A DNA stretch of 64,000 nt from Nageia nagi. Its lineage: Eukaryota; Plantae; Pinophyta. The notes beneath the pieces were generated by a model, which had not been told where the DNA came from, did no database searches, and saw nothing but the letters and a program-made list of their open reading frames with translations. Shown one piece after another: positions 48,856-62,800 of the stretch. The stretch is from the NCBI GenBank assembly GCA_050084985.1, contig JBITNC010000001.1, forward strand, positions 60,698,001 through 60,762,000, read 5' to 3'. A program made the position numbers and the translations under genes. Positions within the stretch are counted from its first letter, which is position 1; every line of letters starts with the position of its first letter.

Positions 48856-50467
48856 GTATCACCAAATATTTGAATTATGGAAGAATGAATGATGCCAATT
48901 TTGTCAAGTAAATTTCAACCCAATACATCAAATAAACTGACAAAACTCACCTCTTTTGAAAACAAATTTGCATACTAGAACAAATCAAAATAAGAAACCC
49001 AAAGATCTTAGAAATTATGGATTCTTTATCTTCTCTAATCCTTGATTAAAAAAAAGTAATGGTGTGATTCTCCTTTATATAGCTTTTTGGAATATTTCAA
49101 GATAAAAATTGACTATCAAGTGTGCCAAATTTATCGAGCCTCCGTTATTGTAGTTAACATCTAGAGAAAATTAGGAAAGATATTTTATTTGGATACATTA
49201 TATAGAGGAGCATGAAAGATGACACACCACTTAGTTAAGTAAAGTGGTGCATAAGATAATCTCACATATCAATTCACAACATATGTACTGAAAATTCTTC
49301 AAAACACAATTCAGAGCCCAATTCATGGGAATCTATGTTTGTTATTTTTTTTATCATATGAGTTGATGGGTGTTTATATCATTGATAAAAACTATTATTA
49401 AAGGCGTATACTATCTAGCCTCCATAATTCTCCCTCTTTCCTTTGATAAATCTTACATCATCAGACGTGGAAATATGTATTGGTGGGGTTTATTTTTATT
49501 TTTGATACGAGGGTTAATCCCACTTCATATAACCCTATTTTTAGGGTTATACAAAGTGGGATTAACCCTCTTTCCATTTTAAATAGAAACATTGCTAGGT
49601 GTGTTCTAAGCTACGATTAGTGATATGCTAGTAAAAATAGTGCAATTTTCTAGCACAAGCATAGGTTCAAATCCATGTAAGATGATTTGATAACTTCTAG
49701 CTCCAACACTTCATTTTTTTTCAATTTTTTTATAAATGTAGTTCATATAACCTAAAATAGATAAATGTAGTTCATATAATCCTAAAATTGATAAACATAG
49801 TTTGTATAACCCTAAATTAGAAAATTGATTGATATGCTTGAAATATGCACCATATCAAATGTGTCAAGGGTATGGGGGAAATTCTAGAGGGTAAATAGCA
49901 AATGCTATTAATAAATGTTATATGAAAATGATGCTAATTTCTAATTAACATTTGATATGGGATAATATGAAAATGATCAATAGAACATGGAAAATGAATA
50001 CTAGATGTGAATTACTTTTTTATTTTTTCTAAATTTAAAAATAAAAATAAATATAAGTAATATATTAAACATATAATTTAAAAATGAGTAATGAATATTA
50101 TAATTTATCTATAATAATTTAGAAATTATATGATTTATATATGAAAGAAATTGATCAATCTATTAAACTAAGGCAAGAAGGATACATATATTTTTTTGTT
50201 AATAGTCAATTTTTTATAGATTTATCTCTTGGAATTGGATTTCATGTTTGAATACTTATCTTATGTTAAAGTCACCCAGGAGTCGCATATAGCTTCTTCC
50301 ATGCCAATAAGAAACCTTTAATTGAACTTTGTAACATATCACCAACATGTGAGGGAGGATAGTTTTGAACCTAGATCTCTCTTTTTAACACTTGAGATTT
50401 TCCACACCCACTTTCTCTCCAACTACCTTAATATGAGTTGATATACTAATAGATTTTGAATTTATAC
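48856..50467. repeat. Diverged duplicate of 56693-57699 (CpG-decayed copy) with a ~500 bp insertion at ~49405-49895
   Basis: Colinear blocks such as atcgagcctcc, aaagtggtgcata, catgggaatctatgttt and gatcaatagaacatggaaaatgaatact. The insertion contains a B-box-like ggttcaaatcc and three ~30 bp repeats (49732-49820). Confidence 0.85.
50270..50430 (-). mobile_element. Possible tRNA-derived SINE relic (homologue at ~57510-57660)
   Basis: Minus-strand tagttggagagaaagtgg ... ggttcaaaac, with A/B-box-like spacing. Confidence 0.35.
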
Positions 50468-50639
50468 TGGCTAGTTTTTTGGATCAATTGTCACTAAGTT
50501 GATCAAGGAGGATCAGTAGGCCAATCAGCGAGGATCGATAGGTCACTCAATATGATCAATCATTAGTTGAGAATTGAATCAATTGGTTATACCTATGTAT
50601 ACCAATTACATAATAGAGAACTATTTTTTATACTTAGTC

Positions 50640-52092
50640 AAAAAATTAGGCTCCATCTTTAACAAGAAGATAGACAAATTGTATCACAAAATGAATATAT
50701 AGGATTTATAGTGTAAAACCCTATGATAGGGTAAAAAATATTATGAAATGAATGTAATTTATTATTGAAAATAAGGAACATAGGAGTACAATAACCTTGG
50801 AATGGTCTAGTACCTAAATATCATCAAACACCTTCTAAATTATTCTCCTCCTTCTCATCTCTATTGCTCACTCTAGAACTCTCTCTTTCTTTTCTTATCA
50901 TTTTTTCTCTTATCTATTGGAAGAAAAATGATATCCCTAAACTCTCTTTCTATTACTTTATTTGAACTAATTCATTAATAAAGCTATAAAATTAAGTTTC
51001 AATAACCATCATTCAACTTTTCTTGATTGTACCTACCATTTACCAAATTTTCCCAACTATCATAAAAGTGTCTAGATGTCATTTTGTAGAATCCACAACT
51101 TTTGGATTAAAAATCCTATAGAATTAATTTTTTTTCCATATATTATCAATAATGGAAAGTAAATTTAGTTAAAAATTTATCTTCTGAATCCTTATGATTC
51201 ATTACATCATGTCCATCAATATGATAACTAACAATTTTTTTACACAATTTCCAACTATTAAAAAGTGCAAAAATGCCATATTTATGGACTCATAACATTT
51301 GTAGCATGTGCTCACATACCTTGAAATTTTATTTATGTATTTTTGGTAATACAAATTACCATTTTTTTTAAATTTTATATCCTAACTTAACTTGATCCAC
51401 TTCCAATGAATTCACCAATATAGCCTATGACTAAGACTTGCACCTACCATTAACTTGGTAGAGTGCATAGAGCACCATAATTTGATAAAAAATTGTGGCA
51501 TACAAAAAGAATCATAATTTAACCAAGCATAAAATTTTTATCAAGCATCAATGATTGAATAAGAATTGATGATTGACCATGTATCAAAGTTTGACCAAGA
51601 ATTGTAGTTGTCTAAGTATCATTATAATTCCAATTGCATAGATGTCAAAGTGTTGTAGTCATGCATACATCATAATTGTCCAAGCATCATAGTTTAACTA
51701 AGAATTATATTATACGTAGAAAATCATAGTCTAAATAGAGTTTCATAGTCTATAGAAAGCATCGTAATCTGACTAAGCACCATAATCTGCACAAAATACT
51801 ATAGTTTACACAAAGTGTCTAGAGTGCATAATTTGGCCTTTTTCTAATTACTAAGAATTTGATGCAAATTTTGGGGTGAGTTATTGGAAAAAATGGGTAT
51901 CTAAAATAACTTATTTCTTCCAAAAATTCCATATGGATTAAAATATATGAGTTACAAAAGTTTTTACTATTCTCATGGAAAACTGGACTATTCAATTGGA
52001 AAAACATTATAAAACACTGAAAAATTTCCAAACAACATAGTATGTGTGGTTAGAAAAGAAATATTTACATAAACTTAAAACTAAGTTTTAGA
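50640..52092 (-). mobile_element. Second copy (solo or partial) of the minisatellite-bearing Gypsy LTR
   Basis: Colinear with ~2080-3465 (for example ccttggaatggt.tagtaccta and aattttcccaactatca.aaaagtgt.tagatg). Confidence 0.7.
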
Positions 52093-52999
52093 TCATTATC
52101 ACTATCCATCTAGTTAATTAATACATTAATTATACACTAACCAATAATACCTTTTGAATTCAACAAATACCAATCTTGTTGATTTAATGCCTAGCTCGAT
52201 TGGAATAATGACCTATTATAAATCGATGTATTGATATCAAAAATCAATACCTCTATATATATAATTATAAAACCTCTCAATTTTATACTTTTATTTATTT
52301 ATTTAAAAAAATAATTTTGTTCCCTAATGTTTTTTCTTGTTTATATAGTTTTCATACTATCTATTCTTTTTTAACAACCTATATAATTTTTATACTATTT
52401 ATATTTTTTGAGTAGTCCATATTACTACAAATCCATTAGGCTCCTAATGATTTTACCTATAAAATTAGTATTTACCAAACATTTTTACAATTGTACATTT
52501 GAAATTTAAAATATACAAAATTTTAAAAAAAATCCTAAACACTTATAAAAAGTAAAAAAATAAGATTTAGATTCCTAATCTATGGCTTCATTTCATTGTG
52601 ATTTCCCTTAGAGTTTATTTTATCATTAATTTCATAAAGAGGGTTAAAATTCACCAACCTGCTCTACATACCCTTCATCAACATGAGTGAGAATATCATG
52701 GTTAGTCATCATGATCACACTAACATTCTTCCTCATGATTTTCACTCATTCTCATGATTAAAATTCTTTTGTACATTTTCTCAAAGTGATTTTTCCAACT
52801 TGCATAGTGAAAATGACTTTTGATTTTTTATTTCTATTTTTCCATTTGAAAAATGTGTTTAGACAACTCAAAATCAATTGAATGATTTGAGGTTAGTTAC
52901 ACAACTTTTCATCAAGAAATTAATTTTAAGACATTTACACAACCTAAAATAATTGTAACATTTTTTTCTTTATTTCAAAGTTTTCTTTTTTCTCTTATC

Positions 53000-54610
53000 T
53001 TTTTTTTCTCATTTTATTTATCTTTCTTAACATCCCTTATAACCTTCTAACCCTCATCCTTACAGAATAGTTTTTAAAAGTTTTGAGCTAATATTCTTCA
53101 TCAAGTGATTCTACATCATCTTCCCATCTCTCAAGGGAGAGTAACTTAGTAGAAAGCCTTCAAAACATGTGCGAGCATGGGTTTCTTAAAAAAATCCCTA
53201 TTTTTAAAACTTATTAAACCCTCATGGTAAACCCCTATATAATAAATAATAACACTTTTTTTTAAATTTACCATTTGTATGAATTTCAAATACTCTTGTA
53301 TAATCTTTTGCATGAACTTTAAATACAAATGCCCCTCCCCTTATAAAATACTTAATGATATACCAAAAGTTCAACTAGATATTAAAAATATCTCATGTAT
53401 GCTCTCATGTGGTATTTACCATTTCCTAATAGTAACTCCCTTGAGCCATTGCGTATTCATCACCTATCACTTGAGAGGGATGATACAAATAGTCATAGTC
53501 CTATTTTGACTTAACATCATCCAAATAATCAATCTTAGATGAAGTCTTATCATCTATAACTTGCATTGACAAATCTTAATATTCTTCTAAAAAGGGAAAA
53601 AGTAGAAATAAATCAATTATCAACCTACTTTGTATAGTCCAAGTCATAGAGAATGGTTACTTAAATTTGTGTATCATTGATAACTTGATAACTTAAGCCC
53701 ACATATCAAGTTGTTTGTTAGAACTTGAGGTCATTTATCATTAACCGGTTAGCTTTATAAGTAAATTAAATATGTTTAACCTATGTCATATGAAAAGATC
53801 AATGAAATTTCTTTTATCTTTCATTAATTCATTCTTCAGTATATCTAAGTAAATTCAAATCCTAAAAAAATTCTCTTCATTATCATCTAAACCAAATGAT
53901 GTAGATACTTTCTATTTGTAATCATTTTTATGCTACATCTTATTCTCTTAAGTGTATGATAATAGGAAGCACATGTAGATACCTAAAATCTACATCATGT
54001 TTCAATTAACCATTAACATTAATCATTTTAATGTTAAAACCTGAAGTGGGTATTAAGACCCACTAACTAACCACAAATTGGTTTTACCTAAAACCTACTA
54101 ACCATCCACTCCATGCTAAATAAAAGTTGAGAGGTAAACAAATCTTTTTCCACCTTGTCATCCTCGATGACTCAACCTTCCACCTCTCCATGGTCATTTA
54201 TGGCCTTATGCCACCTTTCATCTATCATTCTGAATCAAATTTGATTTGGAACATCTCCCCATTCTCCATTAACTCCTCTAACCATCCTAAAGTAGATATT
54301 TGATTATATCTTGATTGGTACATTCTGAGGCCTATTAGTAGAGATCTCATTATCCTTTTCAAATTTTAGAAACTACAATAAAAATATACTTATGTTCTTT
54401 TGTTATTTAGCATTGTTTAATGTTTCCATGATCTACTACCATTAGAATATATATAAATAAACTTAGAAGTATATCATCTAACCTTTTATCCATCCAAATT
54501 CATTTCTAAATTGTAGAAATCCTCCTCCCTTTTATTTATTTATTTATTGATTTTATCCCCCTCCCTTTTATTGACATCACTAAAATTAGCTAGTTTAGGA
54601 AGGAAGCCAT
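53000..54610 (-). pseudogene. Unidentified decayed coding relic
   Basis: Protein-like stretches broken by stops, such as RMIDERWHKAINDHGEVEG*VIEDDKVEKDLF, YHPSQVIGDEYAMAQGVTIRKW and DFFKKPMLAHVLKAFY. No family recognised. Confidence 0.3.
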
Positions 54611-56150
54611 TTTCTTGTAGGTTGCAGGTTATTTACCAGTAAAATTACATAGGAAAGACCTTGAAGATACAAAAAAAATAATAAATTATGGTGAATAAAA
54701 GCAAAGGACATAAATCATTGAATAATTATTGTAATGCTTTTCCCTAAATCGTTATCTACTAAACAATTTCCATAGAACATCAAAAATTAACTTCAAATTC
54801 TAAAATTAGTTTCAATCATCCTAGATAAAGTTAATAAGTAGGTATAACATAGGTATTTTTATTTAAAGTTTATTTTAGCTCATTCATACTTTATATTATT
54901 TATTACATTTTGTCTCAATAAGGGTTCGACCAACTCATAAAGTTGTAATATTTGGGCTTATCAATAAACCCACATCAAATGTTCTCATTTTATCTCATTT
55001 TAATTCTTGTAGGTACAAATAATGCATACATAATGGCCATTTCCTAAGCCCACTACTTACATTAGGATGAGTATTAATGTCTTAAATGTTTAAACCTTAT
55101 GTAGACCAGTTCCATTGTGTACATATATGATTAAGAATACCATATCTTAATGGTGTAATTTCAATGTTGTACAAAGAGAGTGGAGTGGTGACTTGCATTT
55201 GCATATTTTTCATGTATAGTTTTAATATGTCTAAATCCTATTAAAGGGTGTTATATGGGATATATGGTTAAAATAAAGCATTTAATAAGATGTTATGTTA
55301 GATAGGTTGTATTAAGTTTGGGAAAATAAGATAAAACTATAAGGCATGCAAAAGGTAAATGATGAATAGAAAATAAATCCCATGATATTAACAAGGGCAC
55401 TTTACATGTCACTATGGATAAATAATATTATTAGAATCATAGTACGAATTGGAAAAACCCTAACACAATTTGGATTAAATTATAGTTATATTTTAGAGAA
55501 AATTGTAATATACTTCGGTTGGATATCATTTTTAGTATTTCAAATTTCTTAATGGCTTGAAGACACTACTTCCATAATTGAATAAGGAGTATAGGTGATA
55601 GAAACAAATATTCCTAGGGTCTATTTTAGTATTTTTTTAAATGTAGAAGTGGTTTGATTTTATGAAAGAAGAGGACATGAGTAATTATTTGTGGTGGTAG
55701 TAAGGGTGGGCCTTGTGGGTAAGAAAACGTTAGTGATCCAACCAAGCTAGGTTTGTTTAGTAATCTCATATCCCTAAACAAAAAAATGCTATTTTAACTA
55801 TTGATCAAAAGAAACTGATAAGGTATTTTTAGATGTTATTCAATGTCTTCAAAGTGTATTAGTTTATCTATTTGACCCTTCACATGTTGAGATGTTGAAG
55901 GTCGATCTGTATTTTCATATTCATAATTCTTGGTTTTCCTATCTATCATAGTTTGATCATCACTCAACTTTCCATGCTTAACCTTTTTTTTTTTTCTTCT
56001 TTTCATTCTACTTATTCTAATTGGCATTCAAGGGTAAATAATCTTTTCCAAGTAAAAAGCCAAAAATTATCTTGAGAATACAAACAACAAATTTATATAT
56101 TTATTTTTACAAAATAAAATTTTATTAGTAAATAATAATGTTAACAAAAA

Positions 56151-56254
56151 AAATTCCTAGTGAGGGTAGTGTAGTGGTTGGGTATTGGGTTGTTTGCAAT
56201 TATCATCGATAGATCCTGAGTTCCAATCCCTATGTTGGATGTGTGTATAATAAT
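56151..56254 (+). mobile_element. Short tRNA-derived SINE
   Basis: A-box-like tagtgtagtgg, B-box-like gagttccaatccc and a (taa)n tail. It is flanked by the direct repeat aataataat(g/a)ttaacaaaaa (56131-56150 and 56255-56274). Confidence 0.7.
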
Positions 56255-56599
56255 AATAATAATATTAACAAAAATCTTAAAATAAATATCAAAATAATAT
56301 AAAAATAATTGTAATAATTATTAATTTGTAATTGATGATTAAAATGATAAAATGAGTGGTTTTAATCGTCAAATCCTTTCATCATAGAAAGTATTAGCAC
56401 TCTATTTATCATGATATGTTGAAATTCTGATATGTTATGCTTATCATTCCTCAAGTACAATTAATTAACAATGAAATAATATTTTTACTAGTTTTGATAT
56501 ACCTCTTTATATATCAAAAATACTGAAAGATAACATTTCTATTTTAATTTGTAAATATACATACATATTTGAAATCTACTATTTTTTTTTTTAAATAAT

Positions 56600-57160
56600 G
56601 AAATCGATTCAATTTTTTTTAAATATTGAATCCTCAACTATAAAAAAAAACGCTGCTTGACATTAACAAGAAAAATCTTGTTCTAAATAAAATGTCACCA
56701 AACATTCAAATGGCGGAAGATGGCATGATTTCAAGTAAAATGCAACCCAACACATCATACAAACCAACAAAACTCGCCTTCCATTGAAAAGAAATTTGCG
56801 TGCGGATTCTTTGTCTTCTCCTCTACTCGAATTTTAAAAAGAATAGAGGTGTGATGCTTTTTCGAAGATTTGAAGACAAAAATTGAGTACGTGGTGTGGC
56901 ATCCTTATCGAGCCTCCATTATTGCAGTTAACGTCCAAAGAAAAGCAAGAAAGATGTTTTATTTGAATACGTTATATAGACAAGGAAAGATGCACACCAC
57001 TTAGTCAGTCACGTAAAGTGGTGCATACGACAATCTCACATATCAATTCACAACGTATATCAATTCTTCGACAACACAATTCAGAGCTCAAGTCATGGGA
57101 ATCTATGTTTTGTCAACAATTGTTTTTGGTCATATGAGTTGATGGGTGTTGATTTCGTTG
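56600..57160 (-). promoter_or_regulatory. CpG-retaining island, promoter or 5' exon-like
   Basis: About 17 CpGs in ~560 bp against a strongly depleted background. ACGT cores (tacgtg, cacgta), a minus-strand ctatataa near 56975 and a donor-like aag|gcgagt at 56777. Confidence 0.45.
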
Positions 57161-57434
57161 ATAGCAACTATCAATAAATGCTGTCATTTGAAAATGATGT
57201 TATTTTCTAATTAACATTTGATATGGAAAAATATGAAGATGATCAATAGAACATGGAAAATGAATACTATGTGAATTACATTTTTATTTTTTCTAAATTT
57301 AAAAATAAATATAAATTCAAGTAATATATTATAATTTAAAAATGAGTAATGAATATTATAATTTATTTATAATAATTTAGAAATTGTATGATTTATATAT
57401 ATATGAAAGAAATTGATAAATTTATTAAATTAAG

Positions 57435-57437
<3 letters not shown>

Positions 57438-57467
<30 letters not shown>
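57438..57467. repeat. (TA)n microsatellite
   Basis: Direct observation. Confidence 0.95.
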
Positions 57468-57470
<3 letters not shown>

Positions 57471-57794
57471 ATCGTAGTCAATTCTTAGAGATTTATCTTT
57501 TGAAATTAGATTCAAGAGTCACTTCCAATTTCATCAAGGCCAACAAGAAACCTTCAACTAAACTTTGTAACATATCATCAACGTGTGAAGGAGGAGAGTT
57601 TAGAAACTAGATCTCTCTTTTAACACTTAGAGTTTTCACACCCGCTTTCTCTCCAACTCCCTTAACATGACTTGACAAAACAATGGATTTTGAATTTACA
57701 ATTTTAAAAATTGGTACAATAATTTAAAGAATATTACAATAATTTATAGTTTGCGTAGATAATCATAATATTCTTAAATAAGATAGTAATAAGT

Positions 57795-59810
57795 TATTGG
57801 ATAAACTTCTTAGAGATTTTATTTGGGCATCTAATATGCAAAATCGAGGTTTTCACATAGTGGCATCGGATGTTTGTTGCCTTCCTCATTCAACTAGAGG
57901 AATGGGCATTTTTGATTGCTAGAACCAAGAGTTTGCTCTTTGTTCCAAATGGATAATTAGAGCCATGGAGGATGTTGAGGCCTAGAAGATCCTCATTTGA
58001 CATTGTATTTCTACGGGCCTCCCTATGGCATAAAGTCTTGGAAGGGTCTATACCTTCAAATGATTCTTACTACTCAAGTCCTTATCAAGATCTTTGGTTT
58101 ATTTTTTGCAAAATGTATTTGGAAGGCATGGGGAGGCTTTCAAGCCCTAGCTTCATAGGAATGGGAAGCAGAATTCATCAAGGGCCTCCCTCTCTTCCTT
58201 GAATGTTTGGTGATCTCTTGTTCTTAAATTTTATGGTTTTCCTTTGGCAAGTGTTCAATGGGTCAGAGCCCTTCACTTTCATAGGAAGGGAATCGACTCT
58301 CTTAAGTATTTTTTTGATTTTTAAACCAAGCATTGGTTACCTTGGGAGTAGTTTTGTAAAAAACTTAATTTGTATCAGGATGATAAATCCACTTTTGATG
58401 TTATTCTTGACAAAATCTCTTTTTCCATTTGGAGAAAGTTGGGAAGATATTTTCAGAGGCCTTGGTGGGATGATTGGTATTGGCTTAAGAACATTCATTT
58501 ATAGATATTCAAACCCAAGTTAGGCTACCTTAGGCTATCACCTAATATTCCCATGTTTGAGCGACTAAACAATAGATGTGATCTTGTTTCTACCTAGTTT
58601 AGATGGTGATTAAGGTTTTTTGTAATCTGGTCCCGATGTATTAATCCTAAGAAAAGTTTTTTTGCTTGAAGTTTGTTACATCAAGGTTTACCTATTGGCC
58701 ATAGGTTACAACATTTGGGGGTGGAAAATCCTATTTATGCTTTATGTAGGGAACCTGATAGTTTTTTTCATGTTTTTTGATCATGTTCTAAAGCTTCAAC
58801 TGCTTGGGGTTGGATTTTATCCTTTTTAACCTATTCTTGGTCACTCCTTGCTCTTGGTTTCATGTACTATTAGGGGATCCTTTACAATCTTTTAAATCCT
58901 TAAGGGAATTATGGCATATTTTTTAGCTCAATATTTTATATCATCAATGAAAAGTTATAAATGATATTATTTTTGCAAGACATGAAGCTTCTTCTTTCTT
59001 TTATTTAGCTAGTAAATATGCAATTATCTCTAATGTTAGTTGCAAATAATTATTCAAGTGGAGAAAGCGAATGTGGAGGTTCAACATCAATGAAACTTAC
59101 TTGATTATTAGGAGAATGTACCTTGCTCCATCAGCTAGGTCCCCCTCAAATGATGCCCCTCAATGTCATTCCCCATCATTCTTAGTCCCATGGATGTTCT
59201 TCTTAGACTAGATACTTCTTCAATGGGCATAATTTTGTTGGATTGTTGGACCTTCACAGAGCTATCACTGGTCCTAGCATCCTTTGAATTCTAAGTGAAG
59301 TCATATTATGGATCCCATTTCTCCTCATCCCCAAAGTGGATGGGATGTCCACCCATTGCCTTTTGATCTAATTGGTTGGGGTGATGTGAGCATGTCCTCC
59401 ATGACATGGAAGGATGTTGTTAATACACATTTTATTGAGGAAGATAATAATGAGGATATCAATGATCCAAATGATGATGGATGATGTGAATCAAGCCTTG
59501 GCAACCAAGGCTAGGAGTATCTAGGTGATGTGGAAAACTTTCATCTACCCCAATCTTCTACCTAGGTTATTATCTTTTTTTTTTGTGTTAATGATTACCT
59601 ATCCCATGTTTTCTGGCTACTGTTAACTATTTTGTACTGGCAAGTTTTTTGTGTTTCTTTCTAGCCACCTTATTTCCTAACTCTAGTTAGTTTGAAGGGG
59701 TTATGTTTTCTAGCTATGTTTGATCATGGAATGTGCCTAATTCCACTCGCCCCTTTTTTGTATGAAAGAGATTTTAATTTTATACAAGGTCTTTTTCATC
59801 CAAAAAAAAA
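57795..59810 (+). mobile_element. 5'-truncated L1 LINE (ORF2 C-terminus, zf-RVT, 3' UTR, poly(A))
   Basis: LDKLLRDFIWASNMQNRGFHIVASDVCCLPHSTRGMG and INPKKSFFA*SLLHQGLPIGHRL...LCREPDSFFHVF. It ends ttcatccaaaaaaaaa. Confidence 0.85.
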
Positions 59811-62800
59811 GTTACTATTAATAACCCTTCATGTTATTTCTATATTTAATAAAAAATTTATTATTATTATTATTTATTATTCTTAAATAATTATTTACTA
59901 TTTATCCTTCATTTAGTATTTCATAAAGTTTTATCAATGTTGTTCTAATTAGCTAGATTTGTTAACTTTGTCAATTTTCATAATCCTCCATTTTAGTAAA
60001 TATAACTTCATACTATACCTATGTGATGGAAGTTCAAGGGAGTATTTTTCTATTCTTACTATATTTCATGTCATGTTTTCTCTCCTTTGCAATGAGGAAT
60101 TATATGGTGCATATCATCACACTTACAAATAGGGTGACTCTTGATACTTAAAAATAGATGCAATTATATATTTTAGATGTCTTAAAAATAAATGATGATG
60201 TATATACTTTACTTTGATATTATTAATGATGCATTATCAAATTAAGTTGAATTTAATATTATATCATGTTATTTTGTTCTTTTGTGGTATAAGGATTAAG
60301 GCATTGAGCAAGTTAACTGTGGCTAGGAGGAAATTTATCTATATAAGAAGATGTACATATGGGAAGACTATTCATATCTTTGGTATTTATAGCTCTCATA
60401 CAAACTTTTCATAATCAACATCTTTAGATACCACTTATTAAGATTTGAGATTTAGCATCACACAAGTTATTTTATCAATCTTTCACTTTGTATGCTAAAA
60501 TAGGCTTATCTTGATAGGTTTATACACATTTGAGCTTTGTTTGAGAATTTTCTCTAGAGATTTTGAAGCATGAGCATTTGAATCAATACCTAGTATTGGT
60601 GCTTGGGGATTGAATCCATTTCTTCTCAAATCTCACCAATTGAGCATCGAAGACCTACTAAGTTGATTTCTACCATCTAATCTTTTTCTTAGGTAAGAAT
60701 GATAAGTATTGTATATCTCATTTCATCTTGATAGGCCTAGATTTGATCTAATAATTAAAATACTTTTTCATGTTATATATTCTATTATTATTTTTAATTA
60801 TTATAAATTGATTGAATGCTACTCCACTTCCATATCTTTTATTATTATTGAGTACTTTCTAGGCTTGTAAAATATTTAATTATGATATATTTCTAAGTGT
60901 CAAAAACTTCATTGACAAAATGTTAATATCTGATTTCTAGGAATGAATTTTATGAGTAGAGGAAATTATGTTTGAAAATTTTTAGATTGATTGTATTTCT
61001 TGTGAAAAATGAACCTTTTCATAATTTCCTTTATTTATTAAAATTTTCAATCTTGTTTAGCTTGCCTTATTTTCAACCATCTTCTATGTTAGTTGCAAAG
61101 CATTTGAATCTCTCTCCCTCTATATATATATATATATATTTATTTATTTATATTTATATATATTCTATAAGGAAACTATAGTTGGAGACATGAAACAAGG
61201 GATTGATGGTGGATTTGAGAAAATGGATAGGTAAAAATAGTCTCTCTCCATTAATTTTCTCAAGCTACAGAACTAAAAGTGATAGAAATAAGAGGGCAAA
61301 TTATAGGTAATATTAGAACTTAAAAGATAACCAAAATTACATCCTTTTGGAAGAGATGGGATTCTTATAAAATTATTTTGGGAGGATGGTTCTTGATTGA
61401 CTAATTTAGTAATAAGGGAATTTTGATTGTTTAGGTTCTTACTTATATATAGGAATACAAGAAGTACACAAAATATAAAACAAGAGAAAAGAAAAAAATA
61501 GATATAAATCAAAATTAAAGAGTAACATGGGTCTTTATATTAATATAATATAATATAAGTATGATAAATATATATTTATAATAATAATTATGACATAAGC
61601 CAACCGACATCATTTTCACATACATGTATGTCCTTTATACATTTTTAAACTTTGGCATACATACACTCCAATCTTCCATTCTTGAATCCTTTAATTTTGT
61701 TTCTTCATCTAATAGGGATGATAATTTATCTTGAAGGGAATGATCTTTCTTAATGATTTGCATATATTTCTTGATTAACTAATTACTTAGTAGGCCTCAC
61801 TAATTGCTAAGGTCTAGAGCATATTACTAATCTCTATATGCCTCCAATATTCAATGTGGATTCTATTATTATTTTAACTCTCTCTTTCTAACATCCTCCC
61901 CAACTTAAGGCAAGAGCCTTATTGTTGAGCCTCCTTTTAATAACTTTTCCTTTATTGAGATTTACCTATTTTGGAAATCTACACAAGTCCATTCTTGGTT
62001 TTATCTTCTTATTCTAGCCATTAGTTCAACTTTGTATCAAGATGATAAATCCACTTTTGATGTTATTCTTGACAAAATCTCTTTTTCCATTTGGAGAATG
62101 TTGGGAAGATATTTTCAGAGGCATTGGTGGGATGATTGGTATTGGCTTAAGAACATTCATTTATAGATATTCAAACCCAAGTTAGGCTACCTTTGGCTAT
62201 CACCTAATATTCCCATGTTTGAGCGACTAAACAATAGATTTGATCTTATTTCTACCTAGTTTAGATGGTGATTAAGGTTTTTTGTAATCTAGGGTCGATG
62301 TATTAATCCTGAGAAAAGTTCTTTTGCTTGAAGTTTGTTACATCAAGGTTTACCTATTGGCCATAGGTTATAACATTTGGGGGTGGAAAATCCTATTTAT
62401 GCTTTATGTAGGGAACCTTATAGTTTTTTCCATGTTTTTTGACCATGTTCTAAAGCTTTAGCTACTTGGGGTTGGATTTTATCCTTTTTAACCTATTCTT
62501 GGTCACTCCTTGCTCTTGGTTTCATGTACTATTAGGGGATCCTTTACAATCTTTTAAACCCTTGAGGGAATTATGGCATATTTTTTAGCTCAATATTTTA
62601 TATCATCTATGAAAAGTTAGAAATGATATTATTTTTGCAAGACATGAAGCTTCTTCTTTCTTTTATTTAGCTAGTAAATATGCAATTTTCTCTAATGCTA
62701 GTTGCAAATAATTATTCAAGTGGAGAAAGTGAATGTGGAGGTTCAACATCTATGAAACTTACTTGATTATTAGGAGAATGTACCTTGCTCCATCAATTGG

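Noticed and set aside
56151-56254. Functional tRNA gene
   Set aside because: I could not fold a convincing cloverleaf, and the TAA tail and TSD indicate a SINE.
56988-57026. Hairpin as a miRNA precursor or Helitron end
   Set aside because: The stem is too short, I recognised no mature miRNA, and no CTRR terminus follows.
61320-62030. Gypsy LTR/PPT junction near 61892 (taaca-tcctcccc)
   Set aside because: Only a short motif supports it. There is no second LTR or recognisable coding sequence.
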